Origin: Octopus vulgaris
Lineage: Eukaryota
Length of the DNA stretch: 64,000 nt
Assembly (NCBI GenBank): GCA_951406725.2
Contig: OX597843.1
Coordinates: forward strand, 17,546,001-17,610,000
Direction of reading: 5' to 3'
The notes beneath the pieces are model-generated. The model was not told the origin of the DNA. It made no database searches and saw only the letters and a list, made by a program, of their open reading frames with translations. The position numbers and the translations under genes were made by a program. Shown one piece after another: positions 12,337-25,894 of the stretch. Each line of letters opens with the position of its first letter. Position 1 is the stretch's first letter.

Positions 12337-12967
12337 GGATCTTTTCCTTTTGAACGGCAGTTTGTAACAGAATTTCTAGGTAACTAAAAAGTTTTAAACT
12401 TCGTATACAGGTAGAATGTGTTTATAAAACATCATTTTCTCTTGGCTTTATTGAGAAAATTCTATAGTTTCTAAGATATTTTGTCTGAAAATCCGAGCAT
12501 CGATTACCTCCATTGAACTAAAATCATTTGCTGCGTCTAAAACTGAGACAACATCCTGTCACTAACCCTCAACCTAACCCTAACCCTAATTTTTTTTCTT
12601 AATTGTTAAATTAATTTAATTGTTACGCGTGTAAAAAAACCCGAAAGCAATGGAAAGTGATTTAAACAATTAACAAACAAAATAATTCTATAATTTTATA
12701 CACATGCTTTCCGTAACACACGCTTTCCGTATACATACGCTTTCCGTATACGTCTCAGTTTTAGACGCAGCAAATGATTTTAGCTCAAAAGAGAGCATAG
12801 GATTGGTTAAAATTCGAAAAATTAAACTACGTTAAACTTACAAATTACAATTTTCTCAAGAAAGCCAAGAGAAAAAAATGTTTTATTTTGACACATTCTT
12901 CCAGTATACGAAGTTTTAAAGTGTTTAGTTAACTAGAAATTGTCTGCCGTTCAAAAGGAAAATATCC
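12337..12967. mobile_element. Foldback MITE with long imperfect TIRs and 8-bp TSD GAAATATC
   Basis: TSD at 12329-12336 and 12968-12975; termini GGATCTTTTCC / GGAAAATATCC; inverted arms of roughly 200 bp; internal CCCTAA repeats. Confidence 0.85.
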
Positions 12968-12977
12968 GAAATATCTT

Positions 12978-13165
12978 TTGTCTTTTGATTGTTTCAGTCA
13001 TTGGACTGTGGCCATACTACGGCACCGACATGAAAGGTTTAGACGAACAAATCGACCCCAGGAGTTATGTTTTCTGGTTTTGTTACCTTTTCTAAAATGT
13101 CTAGAACTTATTCTAACCGTTAAGTTATGGGAACGTAAATAAACCGACTATGGTTGTCAAGAGGT
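12978..13165 (-). mobile_element. SINE family A 3' fragment
   Basis: gtttcagtcattggactgtggccat...aaatcgacccca...ggttgtcaag. Confidence 0.7.
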
Positions 13166-13223
13166 AGTCGGAGATGAGCACAAAGACGTGCACGTACCCA
13201 AACACACGCGTATATATATATAA

Positions 13224-13375
13224 ATGGTGTGGCTGTGTGGTAAGACACATGGTTCCGGGTTCAGTCCCAATACAAGACACCTTGAAAAAGAGACTTCTAC
13301 TATAGCTTTGGACCGATCAGCCTTGTGAGTGGATTTGGTGGACGGAAACTGAAAGAAGCCTGTCATATATATATC

Positions 13376-13422
<47 letters not shown>

Positions 13423-13662
13423 CATACATGTGTATGTGTTTGTGTGTGTGTGTGAGTGTGTCCGTCTGTTACTACCACTTGACAACCGGTGTTGGTCTCT
13501 TTACACTCTCGTAACATTAGCGGTTCGACAAAAGAAACCGATAGAATAAGTAACAGCCTATATGAAAAAATACTGGGGTCGATTTATTCGACTCAAAACT
13601 CTCAAGGTAGTGCCCCAGCATGGTCGCAGTCCAATGACTTAAACAAATAAAAAATAAAAAGA
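13224..13662 (+). mobile_element. SINE family A (degenerate)
   Basis: gtggctgtgtggtaag...ggttcagtccc...gtgccccagcatggtcgcagtccaatgact. Confidence 0.8.
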
Positions 13663-13669
13663 TATATAT

Positions 13670-13854
13670 AAATCAAAATAATCGACAGGATATCAATTAG
13701 TGATGCAGTACGGCCGTTTCAAGCAGCTCCATTTAATTGAACAATACAATCATTACATTAATCTAAATTGATGATTGCATTGTTCAATTAAATGGAGTCG
13801 CTTGAAACGGCCGTACTGCATCATTACTTGATATCCTGTCCATTATTTTGATTT
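13670..13854. mobile_element. Foldback insert (84-bp arms) with a hammerhead 3' half in each arm
   Basis: Arms 13670-13753/13771-13854; GAAAC-GGCC-GTA at 13804-13815; CUGANGA half absent. Confidence 0.65.
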
Positions 13855-13979
13855 TATTCACCTCACTTCAAGCTGCGCGGATAATTCTGGAGTGGCTTGG
13901 TGCTTTAACTTAAGTACCTAGTTCAACCGCATCTCAATTATTTCTTATATATATATACACATATATACATATATTTGCA

Positions 13980-14121
13980 TGACGGACTTCTTTCAGTTTC
14001 CGCCTGCGAAAGGTTTTGATCGGCTTCGGGCTATAGTAGGAGACACTTGGGCAAGGTGCTGCTGAAAGGAACTGAACCTGAGACCATGTAGTTGGGAAGC
14101 AGGTTTCTTAATTACACAGCC
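13980..14121 (-). mobile_element. SINE family A head fragment
   Basis: Reverse complement of ggctgtgt...ggttcagttcc...ggaaactgaaagaag. Confidence 0.7.
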
Positions 14122-14140
14122 AATAATAATAATAATGATG

Positions 14141-15128
<988 letters not shown>

Positions 15129-15150
15129 AATAATAATAATAATAATAATA

Positions 15151-15666
15151 TTGAAGACATATTGAAAGACTTCAGACAAAGAACATGCCTCCTCATTGAT
15201 ATGACTGTCCCAATCGATATAAATGTATCTGTCAAGACCTACCAAAAACTGAGCAGATATAAAGATTTTGAAATAGAAATCAGCAAATTGTGGAAGCTGA
15301 AGACTAAAACAATACCTGTTGTCATAGGTGCCCTGGGAATGATAGCAAAAGGGGCTGATTGCTACCTAACTCAGATACCAGGAAACCCCAAAATGGCAGA
15401 AATTCAAAAGATAGTGCTCGTGGGAACTGCTCATATCCAACACAAAATACTTTCTATGTAATCTCAAGGTTTAAAACAAACATAATTTTCGGTTTTTTTT
15501 TAGACATTCACTAGTACAACACCCCCCCAAAAAACAAAAAAAAAAAACAAACAAATATATGGCACACTAGGCATAAAAACATGAAATTCCAACCTGTTGT
15601 CTCTTGAGGTCTCTGGGTGAGACTTGGAGCCAACTTGTACAAACATAAAGCAAAAGTCAAACATAG
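15151..15666 (+). mobile_element. R4/Dong-clade 3' fragment (subfamily 2) in (TAA)n
   Basis: CLLIDMTVPID..KLSRYKDFEIEI..IPVVIGALG..QKIVLVGTAHI; TAA on both sides. Confidence 0.85.
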
Positions 15667-15682
15667 AATAATAATAATAATA

Positions 15683-15734
<52 letters not shown>

Positions 15735-15769
15735 TAATAATAACAATAATAATAATAAATAACGATAAT

Positions 15770-15930
15770 AGTTTCAAATTTGGCAGAAGGTCAGTGATTT
15801 CTAGAGGAGGGTGCTCAAATTTATTTTTATCGAAGCCCAAAAGGCTGAAAGCTAAAGTTGGCCTCGGCGGAATTTGAACTCAGAACGAAAAGAGCTGGAA
15901 AAAAAAAAATGCTGCAAAGTGTTTTGTCCA
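15770..15930 (-). mobile_element. SINE family C (degenerate)
   Basis: cctcggcggaatttgaactcagaacg shared with the other family C copies. Confidence 0.65.
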
Positions 15931-15952
15931 AACGACGACGACGACGACGACC

Positions 15953-15984
<32 letters not shown>

Positions 15985-16344
15985 CAATCAACAGTACTGC
16001 CATCCATCTATTTGTGTGCCCCCCCCCCCCTTGTGGTACTAGACGGATCCCGTCATTGAATTTAATCCCACCCTAATCCCAACTTTGGTTCTGGGTGTCT
16101 TTAGAGAAGTCCACTCTGTTGTAAGTTTTCGAGTGAGAATGTCCCCGGTTTAGGGGAATCTCTCGATTGGGGTTGAGAACCCTTAAAAGGGTCGTCAAGG
16201 CTAAACCATAGCGGATCCTTCCCATTACCAACCCCATCCACAATGCTGAAACCGTCAGACATGGGCTGGCTTCAGCCCTTGGACTTACAAGACAAGGGGA
16301 CCTGGCTATTCATGGTGTATGGATAACTGACATCACAGCATTGC

Positions 16345-16516
16345 TGCTGGATGGGACGCTAGTCTGTTGCAGGGTAACTCACTTACAATCGAGAGGAACG
16401 AAGCAACATGAAATCAACAGTTTTGCTTGAGAATACAACACACGGTCCTGGGATCGAAACCACGTTCCTGTGATCTGGAATGCAGCAACACTCTAACCAT
16501 TGGGCCAAGCACCATC
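16345..16516 (-). mobile_element. SINE family B (degenerate)
   Basis: gcaacatgaaat..ttgcttgaga..gggatcgaaacc..ctctaaccattgggcca. Confidence 0.6.
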
Positions 16517-16519
16517 ATG

Positions 16520-16706
16520 AAACTGTTAGAGATAGCAGCCAAATCTCCCTCAAATCATGTTCTGTTGTATCTGTGCTTTTTTTTTTAATTTGAAGGACAG
16601 AACATATTGGAGTCTGTTAGGTTTGTTTTCAAACAAATGGAATGGTCACGGTTGAAACGCCTCTGATCACAGCTCTGCTTTGACCTGGGACTATATGAAC
16701 AACAAC
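16520..16706 (+). mobile_element. Dispersed repeat whose 5' part is the unit of the 22-23 kb minisatellite
   Basis: tagagatagcagccaaatctccctcaaatca...gacctggg.cta..aacaacaac; related copies at ~21655, 24075 (-), 36790, 61078. Confidence 0.6.
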
Positions 16707-16798
16707 GTCAATGGTAATCACACACCGCCATTACTACTACCACCACCACCACCACCATCACCACCACCACCACCACCACCACCACCACCACCACCATC

Positions 16799-16830
<32 letters not shown>

Positions 16831-16989
16831 CACCACTACCACTACAACCACCACCACTATTACAATCACCACTACCGCCGCCACCACCACCACCACTTCC
16901 ATTAACAACAACAACAATAACAACATGCTCCTACCTTTGTCACATGTCACCATGTTTGTCCTTCTCCTCCTCCTCCTCCTCCTCCTCTT

Positions 16990-17295
16990 GCTGGTCGCGG
17001 CCGCCGCTCCCCCACCACACCTCGTCCAGATCGGTAAGCCCCCGCGGCACCCTCCTAGCGGCACGAACGAAGGCCGCGGCACAGATTTGGTTGTCATACC
17101 GAACACCGGAGTGCCGCCGCCGGTGCCGCAACAGCAGCAACAGCAGCGGCACAACAAGAACGGGTTCGATCCCGCCACAGTACAGTTCGACGACCTCAGT
17201 TGTACAAACACGGGTCGCATCACGTGTGTATGGACTTCCGGTGCAGAAATGGCGGGAGTTAGTTCCACGCCGTCAACAAACCTTGTGTCCATTTA
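16990..17295. promoter_or_regulatory. GC/CpG-rich unique island, candidate cis-regulatory element
   Basis: Many CpGs; motifs ACTTCCGGT (ETS-type), TCACGTG (E-box), AAATGGCG (YY1-type), GGCGGGA on both strands; function is inference only. Confidence 0.3.
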
Positions 17296-17323
17296 GCAGC
17301 AGCAGTAACAACAACAACAGGAC

Positions 17324-17361
<38 letters not shown>

Positions 17362-17444
17362 ATGATTGTGGTAGTGGTGGAATGTAAAAATGAAAGACTA
17401 TTTCATTAGTTATTTAATACTTTACTAATACGGTATTGAGTACT

Positions 17445-17783
17445 CTATGTGAGTATGTATGTTTGTATGTATGTGTGTGTGTTTGTATTTGTGTATGTGT
17501 GTGTGTGTATGTGTGCATATATGTTTGTATGTGTGTGTATGTATGTATGTATCTATGTGTGTATGTATGTATGTATGTGTGTGTATCTATGTGTGCATGT
17601 TTGTATGTATGTGTGTGTTTGTTTATATTGATGTGTGTATGTATGTATTTATATATGTATGTGTGTATATATGTATGTATGCATGTATCTACGTGTGTGT
17701 ATGTATGTATTTGTGTATTTATGCGTGTATGTATGTATGTATGTATGTATGTATGTGTGTGTATGTATGTATGTATATGTGTG

Positions 17784-17817
<34 letters not shown>

Positions 17818-18103
17818 TGTATATGTGTGTATGTATGTGTGTATGTATGTGTGTATGTATGTATGTATGTATGTATGTATGTATGTATATGTGTGTATGT
17901 ATGTGTGTATGTGTGTATGTATGTATGTATGTATGTATATGTGTGTATGTATGTGTGTATGTGTGTATGTATGTATGTATGTATGTATACGTGTGTATGT
18001 ATGTGTGTATGTGTGTATGTATGTATGTATGTATGTATATGTGTGTATGTATGTGTGTATGTGTGTATGTATGTATGTATGTATGTATATGTGTGTATGT
18101 ATG
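17445..18103. repeat. (TATG)n/(TG)n microsatellite
   Basis: Direct reading. Confidence 0.95.
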
Positions 18104-18279
18104 CTTCCGAAAGTTTTCCCGTTCTAAAATCCTCTGTTGTTATTTTGTTTTTTTCTCTCACAAAACATTCGTTTCTGGAACTTTCCAAAAATATTTCTTC
18201 ATTTTCTGCCTTTTTTAACCGCCTTCTCTATTCTCTTTCCAATAAACGGTCCGTTACTGTCCTTAATTTCCAATGAGTC

Positions 18280-18895
18280 ACTTCCTGGGTTCAATCCTCG
18301 CGCAGGTCGACATCAATTTTCGTCTTTCGTGGGGTCGATGAAATGAAGTCCTAATACCAGTGAAATACTGGGGCTCATATAATAACCGACAGTTTCTCTC
18401 CTCCCAAATATTGCTCACCTTACGTTTACGTAAAAAAATATAATTTTAGCAGTATTGTTTTTATCCGGCTCTACTCGTCCGCGGTTCAAATTCCGCCGAG
18501 GTCGACTTTGCCTTACATCTTTTCAGGGTCGATAAAGTAAGTTCCAGTTGAGTATTGCGGTCGATGTGATCGACTTACACCCTCCCCACAAAATTCCACG
18601 TTTTGAGTCTATAGTAGAAGGAGTTATTATTTCTATTAATTTTTTCCTCGACTTTACGTTCTGCGTTCAAATTCCACCGAGGTCGATTTTGCGTTTCATC
18701 CTCTCGAAGCGGGTAAAATAAGTACCAGTTATGTACTTGGGTCGATGTTATCGACGGACCCCTCTCCTCAAAAATTGCTGTTCTGGAGACAAAATCAGAA
18801 AGAGTTATTATTATTTTCTTCTGTCGGCTTTACGCCCTGAGTTCAAATTCCGCCGAGGTCAAATTCACTTTTCATCGGTTCGGGGTCGATAAAAA
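18280..18895 (+). mobile_element. Four tandem partial copies of SINE family C
   Basis: gttcaaattccgccgaggtcga..ttt..ggggtcgata recurs with ~180-bp spacing. Confidence 0.75.
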
Positions 18896-19182
18896 AATGT
18901 CGATATTTCCAAACTTAAAAAAATTACTTTTCGATAAATGAAATAATTTTGTTTGTTTCTTGATGTCACATTTTCCTTCATCGTTTCCTTCATCTATTTT
19001 CCTGGACGAGGTTGAATGGAGGAGAAAAGAAACTGGTAGAAGAGACTTCCGATGCCTTGGAGAAAGCACAAAGTAATCCGGGATCTACTTTTTTGCGTGT
19101 TATATTTCATCTTTTCATATAGTGCTCAATGTATTCGGTCCTTGTGGCTAATAAATAAAATCATCACCATCGTTGCTGTTGC

Positions 19183-19276
<94 letters not shown>

Positions 19277-19539
19277 TCTCCTTATTTTGACTTCAACGGA
19301 GGTATCTAGTCCTTGGAATATCCCTCAATGTGTATTTATGCATATATATAAATACGTGTATCTTCGACCCGGCTTTATGTGTTATCCGAGAAGGTGTGAA
19401 AAAGAAAAAATTGCGCCAAACCACAAACTACAAACGACCACGCCGGTCTGAGATGCCAATTTGAATGAACGAGTCGTTTACTTTCACTTTCGCTTCTAAG
19501 TAATTTTACGTGTCCTAGTCCTGTCATAAACCATTATAT

Positions 19540-19627
<88 letters not shown>

Positions 19628-20112
19628 TGAAAAATATGTATAACCTATCTACTTATACGTATATGTGTACGTATGTATATATAAACATACTAAATAGATA
19701 TGCATTTAGACACACGTATACTTGAGCATCTCCCTCTCTCCGCTCTCTCCCCCTCACCTCTCATTTATTCCCTGTGTGTGTATACAAATACCTATACATG
19801 CATGCATACATATATATGTATGTGTGTATGTACGTGTACTTATAAATATACATACATACATACACACACACATTGTATATTTGTGTCATATTTGATGTTT
19901 CTTATGCTTTTGTTTAACGCACAAAGTATTGAGAACGGATCTATCCCAGAATGCCTCTGTCTCGTTTCGCGCCAATGAAGTTACTTAAGGCGAATATCAT
20001 AGAAACACACACAACACACACAGTTATACAATCACGCATACACACACACACAATTCATGCACACATTTGTACATACATACATTCGTTCATATACACATAT
20101 ACACACACACAA

Positions 20113-20192
<80 letters not shown>

Positions 20193-20193
20193 A

Positions 20194-20247
<54 letters not shown>

Positions 20248-20268
20248 AACACACACAAACACACACAA

Positions 20269-20336
<68 letters not shown>

Positions 20337-20624
20337 ATACACACAAACACACACAAACACACACACACACACACATATATATTATATCAGACAGGTGCAC
20401 ACACATATATACATACAGTCATACAAACACAGACATTGGCCCACACATACACATACATATATGTACACAAAAACGCACAAATATATAAAGTATAGACGAA
20501 TATAAACCCGTGCACATTCATACACATTCACGCACTAAATATGCACACAAATACAACACGTACACCCGCACACACTCATATATATTATGCAGACACACAC
20601 ACAAACACACACACACACACACAT

Positions 20625-21605
20625 ATATTTAAACCAAGTATTCACACACATACACACGCAAACTCACAAACACACACTCACATATAAACCAAGTATTCAC
20701 ACACATACACACGCAAACTCACACACAACACACACACACACATATAAACCAAGTATTCACACACATACACACGCAAACTCACAAACACACACACACACAC
20801 ATATAAACCAAGTATTCACACACATACACACGCAAACTCACAAACACACACTCACATATAAACCAAGTATTCACACACATACACACGCAAACTCACAAAC
20901 ACACACACACATATAAACCAAGTATTCACACACATACACACGCAAACTCACAAACACACACACACACACATATAAACCAAGTATTCACACACATACACAC
21001 GCAAACTCACAAACACACACACACACACATATAAACCAAGTATTCACACACATACACACGCAAACTCACAAACACACACACACACACATATAAACCAAGT
21101 ATTCACACACATACACACGCAAACTCACAAACACACACTCACATATAAACCAAGTATTCACACACATACACACGCAAACTCACAAACACACACACACATA
21201 TAAACCAAGTATTCACACACATACACACGCAAACTCACAAACACACACACACACACATATAAACCAAGTATTCACACACATACACACGCAAACTCACAAA
21301 CACACACACACACACATATAAACCAAGTATTCACACACATACACACGCAAACTCACAAACACACACACACACACATATAAACCAAGTATTCACACACATA
21401 CACACGCAAACTCACAAACACACACACACACACATATAAACCAAGTATTCACACACATACACACGCAAACTCACAAACACACACACACACACATATAAAC
21501 CAAGTATTCACACACATACACACGCAAACTCACAAACACATACACACACACATATAAACCAAGTATTCACACACATACACACGCAAACTCACAAACACAC
21601 ACAAA
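20625..21605. repeat. Minisatellite, ~55-60 bp unit, ~17 copies
   Basis: Unit ataaaccaagtattcacacacatacacacgcaaactcacaaa(ca)n. Confidence 0.95.
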
Positions 21606-21744
21606 CACATTATACAAACACGTGTCGACAAGGGATGCGCCACATGGCCATTTGTTTTGCTAGAAATTGTAGCCAAATCTCTTGAAAATCACACTCTACG
21701 TGTTTAAAATATGAAGGACACACAACGAAACATGGTCATAGGCG

Positions 21745-23525
21745 TCATCACGTGACCAAGATCGCTTAACAGACGCAGCCAATCGTTGGGGTGCTACCAC
21801 CCTAGATGTTTTCATAGTCAGCCGTCCGCCACTGGTCACTCTCTTCTGTCCAGTTTTTGGTTTTGCCAAAGCAGAGTCTTCTGTGTCTGCCTCTCCTTCA
21901 GCCCCCCTCAACTGTGCCCTGAAGAATGGTTTTGGAGTGGAATTTGTAGAGATACACGACCATGCCAGGCCAGCTTTCATCCTTTTATGTATGAGCCAAT
22001 GAGGGAGACCTCTACATGGTAGCTAGATCTAGTAGAAATAGCAGCCAAATCTCCCTCAAATCACACCCTACTCTCTTATGTATGTATATACGTATGTATG
22101 AGTCAATGAGGAAGACCTCTACATGGTAGCTAGACCTGCTAGAAATAACAGCCAAATCTCCCTCAAACAACACCCTACTCTCTTATGTATGTATATATGT
22201 AAGTATGAGCCAATGAGGGAGACATCTACATGGTAGCTAGATCTGGTAGAAATAGCAGCCAAATCTCCCTCAAATCACACCCTACTCTCTTATGTATGTA
22301 TATATGTATGTATGAACCAATGAGGGAGACCTCTACATGGTAGCTAGATCTGGTAGAAATAGCAGCCATATGTCCCTCAAATTTCACCCTACTCTCTTAT
22401 GTATGTGTGAGTCAATGAGGGAGACCTCTGCATGGTAGCTAGATCTGGTAGAAATAGCAGCCAAATCTCCCTCAAATCACACCCTACTCTCTTATGTATG
22501 TATATTTGTATGTATGAACCAATGAGGGAGACCTCTACATGGTAGCTAGATCTGGTAGAAATAGCAGCCAAATCTCCCTCAAATCACACCCTACTCTCTT
22601 ATGTATGTATGAACCAATGAGGGAGACCTCTACATGGTAGCTAGATCTGGTAGAAATAGCAGCCAAATCTCCCTCAAATTACACCCTACTCTCTTATGTA
22701 TGTATATATGTATGTATGAACCAATGAGGGAGACCTCTACATGGTAGCTAGACCTGGTAGAAATAGCAGCCAAATCTCCCTCAAATTACACGATACTGTC
22801 CTATTTATGTATATATGTATGAGCCAATGAGGGAGACCTCTACATGGTAGCTAGATCTGGTAGAAATAGCAGCTAAATCTCCCTCAAATTACACCCTACT
22901 CTCTTATGTATGTATATATGTATGTATACATGTATGTATGAGCCAATAAGGGAGACCTCTACATGGTAGCTAGATCTGGTAGAAATAGCAGCTAAATCTC
23001 CCTCAAATTACACCCTACTCTCTTATGTATGTATATATGTATGTATACATGTATGTATGAGCCAATGAGGAGACATCTACATGGTAGCTAGATCTGGTAG
23101 AAATAGCAGCCAAATCTCCCTCAAATCACACCTTTTTGTCTTATGTATGTATATATGTATGTATGAGCTAATGAAGGAAACCTCTACATGGTAGCCAGAC
23201 ATGGTAGACATAGCAGCCGAATCTCCCTGAAATGGCACCCTTCTGTCTTATGTATGTATATATGTATGTATGAGCTAATGAGGGAAATCTCATTAGGAGT
23301 GGTTCCTGTCTGTGAGCGCATTCGTTAATTTTCTACCTGACAAAGCCGTTTGCTTTGTGCTCTGTGTACGGAACGTGTAGCAGCCTTCTGAATGCCTGGA
23401 TTCTTTGCTCTAGGTCAGCTGCAAGAGTCCAACTCTCACATCCAACTCTCACATCAAAATCACCAAAGTTTCGAGTCTTGTTGGGAAAGCAATGGAATTG
23501 TTTTTCCATGTGCTGGTTGCTCTTA
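21745..23525 (-). mobile_element. RTE-clade LINE 3' remnant split by the minisatellite at 21986-23290
   Basis: Minus 23525-23290: TWKNNSI..GCESWTLAADLEQRIQAF..RQEPLLM; continues below 21986 as IKG*KLAWHGRV..KTILQGTVEG..RRGR. Confidence 0.75.
21986..23290 (+). repeat. Minisatellite, ~95-120 bp unit, ~12 copies
   Basis: Unit atgagccaatgagggagacctctacatggtagctagatctggtagaaatagcagccaaatctccctcaaatcacaccctactctctt(atgt)n. Confidence 0.95.
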
Positions 23526-23534
23526 CATGGTGTA

Positions 23535-23925
23535 CACTGACTGTCGTGTGGGAGGCCAATACGAGGCCGAGGGAGTCATCTATGAGGCTGCGGTGATACT
23601 AGCGATCATAGTAAAAGCAGCAACAGCGACGGTATCGGTAGCAAAAACAACAACACTGACGCCAACGACACTACGGCCGAGGATGACCACCACACAGACA
23701 TCAGTACCAACATTACGGCCGGAGATGACCACACCAGCGAAGCTACCGGCCGCACACCCAATATTACCAATGACGGCACCCGTACCATCGGCAACAGTTG
23801 CGCCAACGCCAGGGCCAGGGATGACCACCACAACGGCAACAGCCGCAGCACCGACGGCAACAACAACAGCTCCAGGCCCGGAGCCAATCGAAAATGCGCC
23901 AGTAATGCGAGCACAATCCAAAGGA
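23535..23925 (+). pseudogene. Possible Penelope GIY-YIG N-terminal motif followed by a Thr/Pro/Ala-rich repetitive stretch
   Basis: DCRVGGQYEAEGVIYEAAV resembles the CPLxGxCxxxxVIYxAxV motif; no YIG follows. Confidence 0.4.
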
Positions 23926-24154
23926 AGTGTGTGTGTCTTACACACATACACACACACTCACACACACACACACTCACACACACACACACACTCACACACA
24001 CACACACTTCCGCGCGTCTGCTCCCACTTTGACTTCAGAATCCCCATCAAAACACACCCTGCGTATATGAGACAGTAAGGTGTGATTTTAGGGAGAATTG
24101 GTGGCCATTTCTGCCAGGTCTAACTACCACGCAGAGATCTCCTTCATTGGTTTA

Positions 24155-24600
24155 TACATACATACATACATGCATGCAAACATACATACATACATACATA
24201 AATACATACGTACATACATACATACATACATACATACATACATACACACATACATACATACATACATGCATGCAAACATACATACATAAATACATACGTA
24301 CATACATACATACATACATACATACATACATACATACATGAATACATACGTACATACATACATACATACATACATACATACATAAATACATACGTACATA
24401 CATACATACATACATATGTACATACACACACATACATACATACACACACATACATACATACATACATACATACATACATACATTCATACATACATACATA
24501 CATACGTACACACATACATACATACATGCATGCATACATACATACATACATACATACATACATACATACATACATACATACATACATACATACATACGTA
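24155..24600. repeat. (CATA)n microsatellite
   Basis: Direct reading. Confidence 0.95.
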
Positions 24601-24606
24601 CACACA

Positions 24607-25823
24607 CGCCGCTAGAAGCCACTCGACGTGACCCTCAGGCATCAGTCTGCCAACCGGCGTTCTCCGATGCGGTCATACTGTCACGTGGTGTGTCTTTGTT
24701 TTGCAGTGCTTCTCGCCCAGTCCGTCAATTTCTACGATGGCTGAAACGAAGGAACGGCATGCTTCCGTGAAAATCCGTTTTCTGCTGGAGAAAACGGCAG
24801 CCGAAACAGTTGTCATGCTTCAAACAGTTCACACGGACGCTGCCACAATGCCATGAGCAAAACACAAGTTTACGACTAGTTCTCATGCTTTTTGAGTGGC
24901 CATTTATAGTTTGAGGACCAACCTCGTTCAGGACGGCTGCCGACCTCTCGAACGAATGAAAACATCATGAAAATTCACGAACTCAGGCGTAGAAGTGGCT
25001 GTGTGGTAAGTAGCTTGCTTACCAACCACATGGTTCAGGGTTCAGTCCTACTGCGTGGAACCTTGGGCAAGTGTCTTCTACTATAGCCTCGGGCCGACCA
25101 AAGCCTTGTGAGTGGATTTGGTAGACGGAAACTGGAAGAAGCCCGTCGTATATATGTATATATGTATATGTATGTATATGTGTGTATATGTTTGTATGTC
25201 TGTGTTTGTTCTCCCCAACATCGCTTGACAACTGGTGATGGTATGTTTATGTCCCCGTATCTTAGCGGCTCGGCAAAAGAGACCGATAGAATAAGTACTG
25301 GGCTTACAAAGAATAAGTTCTGGCGTCGATTTGCTCGACTAAAGGCGATGCTCCAGCATGGCCGCAGTCAAATGACTGAAACAACTAAAAGAAAGAAAAG
25401 AAACAGAAACTTATCTTGGAGGACCGTCACCGAACAATTGACAAACTTGTTGATATGACTGGTATGTCCTGGAGCTCCTGCCGACGAATTTTGAGCGAGG
25501 AACTGTGAGTGACAAGAGTCGCAGCAGAATTTGTGCGTCGCTTGTTCACAGAAGATGAAAAATAGTCACGGCTGAATACGTGCTGCGTGGATCTTTTATC
25601 GAAGCTCACCACTTGTGACAAAAGATGGTGCTACAGAATTGGCAGATGTGGAAGAGGTGAAGAAAAAACACACAATGGAGTCGTAAAAGGGCATCACTTG
25701 GCCGGAGTACCAGCAGCGCTTCGAAAAGTGGAAAACCCGTCGGGACCGATGTGTAAGCGTGTAAGACTAAGTGAATAAAATAATATTGCAAAATACCCGT
25801 TTCTTTTGGGTACCTACTTCGTC
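24607..25823 (+). mobile_element. Mariner transposon relic interrupted by a SINE
   Basis: From ATG 24737: MAETKERHASVKIRFLLEKTAAETVVML..EDQPRSGR..NIMKIHEL [SINE] ILEDRHRTIDKLVDMTGMSWSSCRRILSEEL..; AFEKWKTRRDRC near the end. Confidence 0.85.
24986..25405 (+). mobile_element. Full-length SINE family A inside the mariner transposase
   Basis: Complete head-to-tail match to the other copies. Confidence 0.9.
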
Positions 25824-25894
25824 CATAACGTAGATGCATACATATAGACATACATACACACACGCATACATACATACATACACACATACATAAG

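Noticed and set aside
12560-12590. Interstitial telomere
   Set aside because: Only about four imperfect CCCTAA units, internal to a TSD-flanked MITE.
16925-17296. 123-aa ORF with an apparent signal peptide
   Set aside because: The poly-Leu comes from a (CTC)n microsatellite, several frames are open owing to GC richness, and no domain is recognisable.
21986-23290. CRISPR-like appearance of the repeat arrays (also 20625-21605)
   Set aside because: Linkers are microsatellite length variants rather than unique spacers; no cas genes; eukaryotic context.
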